Below, piece by piece: positions 15,666 to 21,275 of a stretch of 21,275 nt of DNA; positions within the stretch are counted from its first letter, which is position 1, and every line of letters starts with the position of its first letter. Below the pieces are notes generated by a model. The model was not told the origin of the DNA. It worked only from the letters and a program-made list of their open reading frames with translations, and searched no databases. The position numbers and the translations under genes were made by a program. The stretch is from Promethearchaeota archaeon (GTDB lineage: Archaea > Asgardarchaeota > Lokiarchaeia > Sigyniarchaeales > Sigyniarchaeaceae): NCBI GenBank assembly GCA_016932935.1, contig JAFGBX010000314.1, positions 1 to 21,275 of the forward strand, written 5' to 3'.

Positions 15666-16541
15666 ATGAATTCCATGGCGAGGATCCCAGGCGAGGGTCT
15701 CCCGGATGCCGAAGTCGCGGTGCTGGCCGCGATCGAGGAACTGCTCGGAACAACCATTCCCAAGGTGAAAACGATCGAACATGCCACCACCGGCTTTACA
15801 ACGGGTGACGGGCATGTCACGGGACTTGGCATCCATCACGGCACGTTTTCCACCTTGCCAGCCAGTATTGGAACCCTGACATCACTCACGGAGCTGGATT
15901 TAAGTGACAACACGTTTTCTTCCCTACCCGGAACGATCGGGCAGCTGGTGAACTTGAAAACGCTGAATTTATACAAGAACCATCTATCCTCCCTTCCAGA
16001 AACGATTGGAACCTTGGGAAAGCTCACCAGCCTCAGCATCACGTCGAATCACCTCGAGTGCTTGCCCGAGACGATAGGAAACCTCAAGACCCTGACGAAG
16101 CTCGGCTTGGGGTTCAACCGCTTGTCTTCCTTGCCTGAGACGATGGGAAACCTGGTGAGCGTGACCGAGCTCTTGCTCGTGCACAACCAACTGCGCTCCC
16201 TTCCGGAAACGATCGGGAACTTGCAAGCGCTGCAAACCCTCTGGTTGCATGGCAACAAGCTAGAATCCCTTCCCGACACGATGGGGAACCTCGTGAACTT
16301 GATAGAACTAGGCTTAGGCGCAAACCAGTTGTCTTCCCTGCCTGATACGATGGGCAGGCTTGAATCACTGAAAATGCTTCGACTCGGCGAAAACAAGTTG
16401 ACATCCCTTCCCGAGACGATGAGAAACTTGAAATCCCTCACGTCACTTGATCTCCGGTCAAACCAGTTGTCGTCCTTCATCGAAACGAACAAGCCCTGGA
16501 TCACGGATCTCGAATCACGAGGATGCACAGTCGTGCTGTGA
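15666..16541 (+). CDS. Leucine-rich repeat protein (about 10 x 23-aa repeats), no signal peptide
   Basis: Repeats have consensus LxxLxLxxNxLsSLPETiGNL. The N-terminal ~48 aa (EVAVLAAIEELLGTTIPKVKTIEHATTGF) form a non-repeat cap. Starts 32 nt after the serpin stop on the same strand. Confidence 0.9.
   Translation: MNSMARIPGEGLPDAEVAVLAAIEELLGTTIPKVKTIEHATTGFTTGDGHVTGLGIHHGTFSTLPASIGTLTSLTELDLSDNTFSSLPGTIGQLVNLKTLNLYKNHLSSLPETIGTLGKLTSLSITSNHLECLPETIGNLKTLTKLGLGFNRLSSLPETMGNLVSVTELLLVHNQLRSLPETIGNLQALQTLWLHGNKLESLPDTMGNLVNLIELGLGANQLSSLPDTMGRLESLKMLRLGENKLTSLPETMRNLKSLTSLDLRSNQLSSFIETNKPWITDLESRGCTVVL
15810..16499 (+). repeat. 69-bp periodic coding repeat (about 10 tandem LRR units)
   Basis: Recurrent ...tcccttcc(c/a)ga(g/a)acgat(g/t)gg(g/a)aac(c/t)t... 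every 69 nt. Units are diverged rather than near-identical. Confidence 0.85.
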
Positions 16542-16545
16542 GGGC

Positions 16546-16716
16546 GTGTTCCTTAAGCTTACCAGGCGAGATGGTGTATCCATCCAGCTCTTAACCATCA
16601 CCCATCTGGGGGAGGCCCGCCAGCTCGAGTCAAGGGTGAAGGGCCTCATCGCTAAAGGGCACGTCGAGAAAATCATACGAGATGGAAGGATTCTTTATAG
16701 AAAGAAGGCAACATAG
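16546..16716 (+). CDS. Possible small (56 aa) winged-helix-like protein
   Basis: GTG 16546 lies 4 nt after the LRR stop. LGEARQLESRVKGLIAKGHVEKIIRDGRILYRKK resembles a recognition helix plus wing hairpin of wHTH regulators. Short, non-ATG start, no clear RBS. Confidence 0.25.
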   Translation: MFLKLTRRDGVSIQLLTITHLGEARQLESRVKGLIAKGHVEKIIRDGRILYRKKAT

Positions 16717-17008
16717 AGGGATAAAGAGATACCGATACCGAGTTCTGATGGGTTCGGATGGTGCCAGCATACCTCTGACCGTTCCGCAGAACAGTTTGTT
16801 CGTTTCCGTGGCTTGAGTGACCACAGTACTTAAGACAACGGTAAGCTGCTTAATTTTCGGGTTCCAGCACCCAGCACGCTAATTGCGTGGAACTCGTCGG
16901 ACTCTCGCTCAAGGCGAGTTACTTAGTTGAATTCTGCAGCCTATTTAATCCTTGCAACCCGGCGGGCGAACGATTTTCCTCGATTTTCTCTCGTACTGGA
17001 TCGGTGAT

Positions 17009-17728
17009 TCACGGGTATCGTATCAGGTAGTTCACGTTCGACTTCGCATCCCGTTCGACGCGATACGGGAGGTCCTGCGATTTAATTATCGCCTCTACGA
17101 AATCTTTGAAGCTAGCAAACCCGATCAACGATTCATGGAAGCTAGGATCGAGCTTGAGCATCATGTTCTTGTGCTGCGGGATGTCCATGGCATCCCCTCT
17201 ATCTTCCCTGATGCGTATGACTTGCTTGAATAGATTGGTGGCAGCATTCATGTCCACATCGACCTTGCCGCCTGCGCCGAATATCTCGCAAGGGATGAAC
17301 TCGTCGCAGTTTTGTTGGATAATTGGCGCCGCCAACACCTTCGACGACAGCACGATCACGTACCGCCCGTGCTCCCGCAGTTTCCGAACGAGCGGGATGA
17401 AATCGCTGTCGCCCGATGCGATCGCGTACACGTCGATGTCCGGGTGCAGGAAGACTGCCTCGATAGCGTCCGTCGCGAGCTTGATGTCGGCGCCGTTCTT
17501 CCCGCTCGAGGCCAACGCTGGTTGGTCGATCAGCTCGAGCCCGTTCTCCACGAGCTCCTTTCGATACGCCTCGTACTTGCACCAGTCCCCGTACGCTCGC
17601 CGTATGCTCAGCACGCCATGTTCCGACAGTTTTTGGATTATCGGCCGGATCTTGAATCCTTTACCGAAGCTGTTGAAGAAGTTCTCGAAATCGACGAACA
17701 GCGCCAGCCGGCGGGAACCATCGACCAT
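17009..17728 (-). CDS. NYN-domain (LabA-like, PIN-fold) RNase fused to a C-terminal OST-HTH/LOTUS domain
   Basis: NYN motifs: LALFVDFENF, RAYGDW, GKNGADIKLATDAIE, DVYAIASGDSDFIPLVRKLREHGRYVIVL. C-terminal LDPSFHESLIGFASFKDFVEAII fits the OST-HTH pattern. ATG 17728 (MVDGS...); the track start GTG 17737 is an alternative. Confidence 0.8.
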   Translation of the reverse strand: MVDGSRRLALFVDFENFFNSFGKGFKIRPIIQKLSEHGVLSIRRAYGDWCKYEAYRKELVENGLELIDQPALASSGKNGADIKLATDAIEAVFLHPDIDVYAIASGDSDFIPLVRKLREHGRYVIVLSSKVLAAPIIQQNCDEFIPCEIFGAGGKVDVDMNAATNLFKQVIRIREDRGDAMDIPQHKNMMLKLDPSFHESLIGFASFKDFVEAIIKSQDLPYRVERDAKSNVNYLIRYP

Positions 17729-17790
17729 TTTACACACTTGTTTCTAGTGCGACACGGCGAGTTAAACGTGATCATAATCGCTCGTAGGCA

Positions 17791-17820
17791 ATGTTGTTAA
17801 TAGAGCCGGATTAATATCCT
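17791..17820. repeat. 30-nt intergenic motif, copy 1 (a[t/c]gttgttaa..8 nt..ggattaata)
   Basis: 22/30 identical to 18830-18859, including identical 8-mer and 9-mer blocks at the same spacing. Confidence 0.35.
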
Positions 17821-17828
17821 GCTCGGTG

Positions 17829-18041
17829 TTAACGAGCGATAATAAAAAAGATGTTTAGTTCCTCGTCATCCACGACGAGGAACCGGTGCCCCACGATGGG
17901 CACGACGTGCGGTATCTGCCTCGCCTCGACCTCCGCGGGCGTGACGCGGTACGATTCGTGGATCCAGGCGATCATCTCGTGTATCTTCGGCAGATCCGTC
18001 GGATAGGCGTAGTACCCTGAGCCCGATGCTCCCACAGACAT
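17829..18041 (-). pseudogene. Fragment of an SMI1/KNR4 (SUKH) gene, homologous to the middle of the 19249-19872 gene
   Basis: GYYAYPTDLPKIHEMIAWIHESYRVTPAEVEARQIPHVVPIVGHRFLVVD versus GYYAYPKDVPKMHEMIEWIHESCRVTPADVEARQIPHVVPIVGHRFLVVD. The N-terminal ~105 aa and C-terminal ~50 aa of the full protein are missing. Confidence 0.7.
17868..18017. repeat. Direct repeat copy A (150 bp) of the SUKH gene core
   Basis: Hand alignment to 19405-19554 gives 137/150 identical with no indels. A perfect 50-nt run spans 17881-17930 = 19418-19467. Homology stops abruptly at both ends. Confidence 0.9.
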
Positions 18042-18052
18042 GCATGAAAAGC

Positions 18053-18061
18053 AATAAATAT
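18053..18061 (+). promoter_or_regulatory. TATA-like box (aataaatat) upstream of vapB, leaderless geometry
   Basis: Centred about 26 nt upstream of ATG 18083, in an AT-rich patch. Confidence 0.4.
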
Positions 18062-18082
18062 GTGAACTTACATATTTGTGTC

Positions 18083-18385
18083 ATGGCCAACATCACCCTG
18101 AGCATCGACAACCGCATCCACGAGCGCATGAGGGCGTATCCCGAGATCAAGTGGACGGAGGTCGTGCGGAGGGCGATCCTCGATTACCTCGCCAAGCTCG
18201 ATGAGGCCGAGAGCATCCCTTCCACCGACTTGTGGAACCAGCTGGACGTGGAAACCCAGGCGCGTCTCAGATCCATGATGGATCACGTCGATCTCGACGA
18301 GGAACTCGTCGTCCAAGAACGGATGCACGCCCAGGAAAGCGAGCGATTGGATTCCCAACTGCGCGTCGAGCGTGGTCGCGAATGA
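18083..18385 (+). CDS. vapB: Antitoxin, ribbon-helix-helix (CopG/VapB-like)
   Basis: MANITLSIDNRIHERMRAYPEIKWTEVVRRAILDYL has a beta-strand/helix/helix pattern. The stop overlaps the PIN gene start (ATGA at 18382-18385). The acidic C-terminal tail is typical of a toxin-binding region. Confidence 0.7.
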   Translation: MANITLSIDNRIHERMRAYPEIKWTEVVRRAILDYLAKLDEAESIPSTDLWNQLDVETQARLRSMMDHVDLDEELVVQERMHAQESERLDSQLRVERGRE

Positions 18386-18795
18386 GCACGTGGTTACTCG
18401 ACACGAGCGCGGTGATCCGCTGGTTCAAGCAGTCGGGGAAGCGCATTTTCGACCACGGGTTCAACACCTCGATACTGACCGTGGTCGAGTTCCCCGTGCT
18501 CGCAGCATACCCGGGATTCAGCGTGCTCTATCCGACACCCGCCATCTACAAGAAAGCCGTTGCGTCTGCTTCCGCGCTGCGAAAAATCGGTTCGATCATC
18601 CCGGCGGTAGACCTGGTCATCGCCTCGACCGCGATCGAGAGAAACTTAACGTTGGTCTCCGACGATGACCACTTCATTGTCCTGGAGAAGGTCGAGCCGG
18701 GGCTGCATCATGTCTCCCTAGCCGCGTTCTTGCTGAAGATTGATCGTGGGGGTGGCGGTGCTGGTGCCGTGCCCCAGAAAGGCGGCAAGAGATGA
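18382..18795 (+). CDS. vapC: PIN-domain toxin (VapC-like ribonuclease)
   Basis: Conserved acidic residues in the expected order: LLDTS (Asp), VVEF (Glu), AVDLVIAS (Asp), SDDDHF (Asp). 4-nt overlap with the upstream antitoxin. Confidence 0.8.
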   Translation: MSTWLLDTSAVIRWFKQSGKRIFDHGFNTSILTVVEFPVLAAYPGFSVLYPTPAIYKKAVASASALRKIGSIIPAVDLVIASTAIERNLTLVSDDDHFIVLEKVEPGLHHVSLAAFLLKIDRGGGGAGAVPQKGGKR

Positions 18796-18829
18796 ATATG
18801 GATCGAACCTCTATGCGACTTATGAAGGA

Positions 18830-18859
18830 ACGTTGTTAAAAGGGTAGGATTAATAGACC
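18830..18859. repeat. 30-nt intergenic motif, copy 2
   Basis: See copy 1. Lies between the vapC stop and the Cys-rich ORF. Confidence 0.35.
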
Positions 18860-18905
18860 ATTTCTTTCTTGTCAGGCATGCTCTCTTGCCAAGGTGACAC
18901 AAGCC

Positions 18906-19232
18906 ATGATCGACACCCGGACGTCCCCCACCCCCGCCTTCGTCCCCGCCGACTACAAGGCCCGATTCAAGGTGCCGTGCGCCCCCGACGACGAGTTGAG
19001 CGACTCCCACCACCAGGAATGGTACGCCGGCACGGGCATTCGCCCCGCCGACCACCCGCTCGCCGGCCACATCTGGTTTTCCGGGTGCGGCGCTTGCGGC
19101 AGCGACGACGTGCTCGTGATCGCCGCGCAGTGGTGCGTGTCGTGGCACTCGGGCGACGCCTACTGGGACTACGAGATCGCGTGCAACGCGTGCGGCACGT
19201 TCACCCGGCGCTCGTTCTGCGAGAACGACTGA
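18906..19232 (+). CDS. Small Cys-rich protein with two CxxC pairs (Zn-ribbon-like), unknown function
   Basis: CGAC ... CNAC plus three further Cys. GC3-rich codons. GGTGA lies 8 nt upstream of ATG 18906; the track start GTG 18894 is an alternative. Confidence 0.5.
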   Translation: MIDTRTSPTPAFVPADYKARFKVPCAPDDELSDSHHQEWYAGTGIRPADHPLAGHIWFSGCGACGSDDVLVIAAQWCVSWHSGDAYWDYEIACNACGTFTRRSFCEND

Positions 19233-19248
19233 CGCGGGCGCGGGGGCG

Positions 19249-19872
19249 TCACTCCAGCCAGAAGGGCACCCGGAGGCCGCCCGGCAGCCCGGGTTCCCTG
19301 GCCCCGCCGTGGAAGATGTCGTGGACGAGGAACGACGTCAAGTCGGACGCGTAGAGGATGATGTCGTCGCCGTACATCGACAGGACGGGGTTCGACGCGC
19401 AGCGATCCACGACGAGAAACCGGTGCCCCACGATGGGCACGACGTGCGGTATCTGCCTCGCCTCGACGTCCGCGGGCGTGACGCGGCACGACTCGTGGAT
19501 CCATTCGATCATCTCGTGCATCTTCGGCACGTCCTTGGGGTAGGCATAGTACCCCGGCGCGTACCGCACCGGCTCGCCCGAGCGCCCGTAGATGTTGATG
19601 GCCTCCTTGTCGGTGCCGTTCATCGCCCGCAAGTAGAGCTTGTAGACGGGCGGGAACGCGAGGCCCATGTCCTCCTCAAACCTGGCGATCTCGTCGTCGG
19701 AGAGGCCGTCGTTCCACCTGGTTCCCGGCTGGACCTGGAAGCCGTAGACATCGTCCCGTAACACGGCGTCCTTCCAGCGCGCCTCGCTCTCCCGCTTGAG
19801 CCACGCGAAAAACCGTGCCGGGTCATTCGGGACACTTGTCTCTGGCTCGGTCGTCGGCATCGGGTTGATCAC
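19249..19872 (-). CDS. SMI1/KNR4-family (SUKH-1 superfamily) protein
   Basis: IARFEEDMGLAFPPVYKLYLRAMNG (the ligand/partner-binding N-terminal motif of SMI1/KNR4) and ...VPIVGHRFLVVD... GAGG lies 9 nt upstream of GTG 19872. Confidence 0.7.
   Translation of the reverse strand: MINPMPTTEPETSVPNDPARFFAWLKRESEARWKDAVLRDDVYGFQVQPGTRWNDGLSDDEIARFEEDMGLAFPPVYKLYLRAMNGTDKEAINIYGRSGEPVRYAPGYYAYPKDVPKMHEMIEWIHESCRVTPADVEARQIPHVVPIVGHRFLVVDRCASNPVLSMYGDDIILYASDLTSFLVHDIFHGGAREPGLPGGLRVPFWLE
19405..19554. repeat. Direct repeat copy B (150 bp), inside the intact SUKH gene
   Basis: See copy A: 137/150 identity, same orientation, 1537 bp apart. Confidence 0.9.
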
Positions 19873-20004
19873 CTAATTGATCCTCTCTTGCACCGCGCTC
19901 CTTGAAAGAGTTGGGCAGGCCCGTCTCCCCGGATCGACCCAGCTACCGCGGTGTAAGGTTCTTTACCGAGCATTGTTCTCATTACCGCGGAACACGCCAG
20001 CCGA

Positions 20005-20901
20005 ATGATGGTACAACCCATGAAGGACTACGAGATCGTCGCCGACTCCCCCGACTTGCTCGTCCTCGCCCAGAGGCGAACGCGAAACCTCTCCACCATT
20101 GCACCACCCGTGATCATCGGCGTGGCAGCATCCCTCGCCCTCATCTTCCACTTCCGCGTGGAACCATGGATCGCCATCGTGGTGCCCGCGGCAGCGACCA
20201 CCGCCGTGCTGCTCGTCGGCTTCTGGCTGTTCCAGGGAGTCAATGCCATCAAGGTCGACAAGGCGACCCATGCCGTCACGACCCTCGCCAGGAGGTGGCT
20301 GCCGCCCTTCGAGCGCGTCGAGTACCTCCTCCCGTTCGACGAGATCCTCCACGCGGGCCTCTACCCCTATGCCGACGTGCACGACCAGAGCACCATGCTC
20401 GGCATGGAGACCAAGGAGGGCATCGTCAAGCTCCTCCCCAAGGCTGGCGAGGCCGAGGGGCAGCTCCTGGCCAAGATCGTGACGATCGCCGACCACCTGG
20501 CGACCGCCGACCCGAAGGCGAGCCAGCAGGGGCGGGAGCCCGGCCACGTCGTCACCGCGGTCGAGTACGCGCCTTCCACCGTGGCCACGGGATCCGAGCG
20601 GGGGTCAGCCGGGTTCGGCGACGCGCGCCAGGGCCTGCTGGACGGCGTCGACCGGCTGGTCGCGTCGCTGCGCGAGGACGGATCCGCCCGCGGCGAGGGC
20701 CGGGTGCCGGCGAGGCAAGACATACTGGAAATTCTCCGCTCGGTGGAGCGGAAGATCCTCGCCCTCGGCATGAAGGTCTCAGGCTTTGCCATGGCCGCGC
20801 AGGCGGGATTTTTCCACGCCTTCGTGGCACTCGGCTCGGGGAGCAGAAAGCACGTCCAGGGCGTCCTCTCCCGCGCCAGGTACAACTTGCTGCGCGCGTG
20901 A
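20005..20901 (+). CDS. Hypothetical membrane protein (2 N-terminal TM segments, soluble C-terminal region)
   Basis: GC3-rich frame with normal amino-acid composition. TM candidates are LSTIAPPVIIGVAASLALIFHF and IAIVVPAAATTAVLLVGFWLF. The overlapping 349-aa ORF (19902-20951) is R/P/G-rich and judged a shadow. Confidence 0.55.
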   Translation: MMVQPMKDYEIVADSPDLLVLAQRRTRNLSTIAPPVIIGVAASLALIFHFRVEPWIAIVVPAAATTAVLLVGFWLFQGVNAIKVDKATHAVTTLARRWLPPFERVEYLLPFDEILHAGLYPYADVHDQSTMLGMETKEGIVKLLPKAGEAEGQLLAKIVTIADHLATADPKASQQGREPGHVVTAVEYAPSTVATGSERGSAGFGDARQGLLDGVDRLVASLREDGSARGEGRVPARQDILEILRSVERKILALGMKVSGFAMAAQAGFFHAFVALGSGSRKHVQGVLSRARYNLLRA

Positions 20902-20962
20902 ACCGCCGCGGTGGCGGTCGGGCGGGACCAGCCTTTTATGCACCCCCGTGATCCGTAGGTTC

Positions 20963-21275
20963 ATGTCGGAACCCGCGCCTCGTGCCCCCGTGCCACCACT
21001 GATCACCCAGGAGTTCGTCACCCGGTTCGTCGCCGTGCTCGCGACCGCCGGCCTCTGCTTGTCGTTCTTGCTCCTCGCCGTCGCGATGAGCATGTACCCC
21101 GGCTTCAGCCTCGTCTCCCATACGTTGAGCCGCCTCGGCCGCCAGAGCCTAGCATGCGGTGCGGAGGGCTACCTCGGCCAGCCAGCGTTCAACGCGGCCT
21201 ACGTGTTCGGCGCGGCGGCGCTGATCCCGCTATACGCGGTCTTCGCGCGCGGCTCGCACGTCTCAGGGCAGAAGA
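20963..21275 (+). CDS. Membrane protein, DUF998-like, 3'-truncated by the window end
   Basis: ATG 20963 and open to the window end. It is absent from the track because no stop falls within the window. MSEPAPRAPVPPLITQEFVTRFVAVLATAGLCLSFLLLAVAMSMYPGFSLVSHTLSRLG; the YPGxS...S.LG pattern after TM1 is reminiscent of DUF998. Confidence 0.45.
   Translation, partial: MSEPAPRAPVPPLITQEFVTRFVAVLATAGLCLSFLLLAVAMSMYPGFSLVSHTLSRLGRQSLACGAEGYLGQPAFNAAYVFGAAALIPLYAVFARGSHVSGQK

Noticed and set aside
15810-16499. CRISPR-like regular repeat array
   Set aside because: The 69-bp periodicity lies entirely within an open reading frame encoding 23-aa LRR units. The units are diverged, there is no repeat/spacer alternation, and there are no cas genes.
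16750-16766. tRNA 3' end look-alike (gggttcggatggtgcca, T-loop-like TTCGGAT followed by ...CCA)
   Set aside because: There is no complementary T-stem and no 7-nt acceptor stem between the loop and the CCA. No upstream D or anticodon arms could be built.
16630-16824. 64-aa minus-strand ORF and 16952-17233 plus-strand ORF in or near the convergent gap
   Set aside because: They have no motifs and odd composition. They overlap the better-supported small ORF and the NYN gene respectively.
14230-17830. Classical integrative element (integrase, tRNA target, att repeats) explaining the low-GC island
   Set aside because: No integrase or transposase ORF, tRNA gene or flanking direct repeats were found by eye. 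The island call rests only on composition and gene content.
17868-19554. Template/variable repeat pair of a diversity-generating retroelement
   Set aside because: The 13 mismatches are not adenine-specific (g/a, c/g, t/c, gg/tt, ga/cg and others). No reverse transcriptase gene is present in the window.
19944-19990. Repeated 8-mer taccgcgg (19944-19951, 19983-19990) as an operator pair upstream of 20005
   Set aside because: It is too short and GC-rich (it contains the common ccgcgg palindrome) to distinguish from chance in this composition.
19902-20951. 349-aa ORF overlapping 20005-20901 in another frame
   Set aside because: It has an R/P/G-dominated sequence. The alternative frame has GC3-rich codons, TM helices and a normal composition.
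1-21275. TAG recoding (pyrrolysine-type), considered as a clue to a methanogenic Thermoplasmata origin
   Set aside because: TAG is used as an ordinary stop for at least four well-supported genes (flippase-like, M20, actin, serpin), with protein ends matching family C-termini.

Overview
GC-rich (about 65-70% in hand-counted lines) prokaryotic chromosomal segment, probably archaeal. Several genes have an AT-rich TATA-like box centred about 26-34 nt upstream of the start codon (near-leaderless layout), while internal genes have GGAG/GGTG Shine-Dalgarno motifs. All family calls rest on motif recognition by eye; no searches were run. (1) nt 1-13000: envelope glycan genes. These are a giant flippase-like membrane protein, two paralogous GT-C/DUF2029-like polytopic proteins, a GT2-GtrA fusion, a GPH/MFS symporter and a SAM methyltransferase. 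Interspersed are a Zn-ribbon/helical protein, an M20 peptidase and a solitary SPPY DNA methyltransferase. (2) nt 13065-14213: a true actin-family gene (eukaryotic actin/crenactin-type motifs) heading a co-oriented string with a GT-C protein and a methyltransferase. (3) nt ~14230-17830: a lower-GC island with mixed third-codon positions. It carries a membrane-anchored serpin, a 10-repeat LRR protein, a possible small wHTH ORF and a convergent NYN-RNase/OST-HTH (LOTUS) protein. (4) nt 17830-19900: vapBC, a Cys-rich Zn-ribbon ORF, an SMI1/KNR4 (SUKH) gene and a 150-bp, 91%-identical fragment of that gene on the far side of vapBC. (5) A 2-TM hypothetical and a 3'-truncated DUF998-like ORF. Most interesting: the actin-glycosylation linkage and the adjacent serpin/LRR/NYN-LOTUS island. 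Many long ORFs in the track are off-frame or antisense shadows typical of high-GC DNA.
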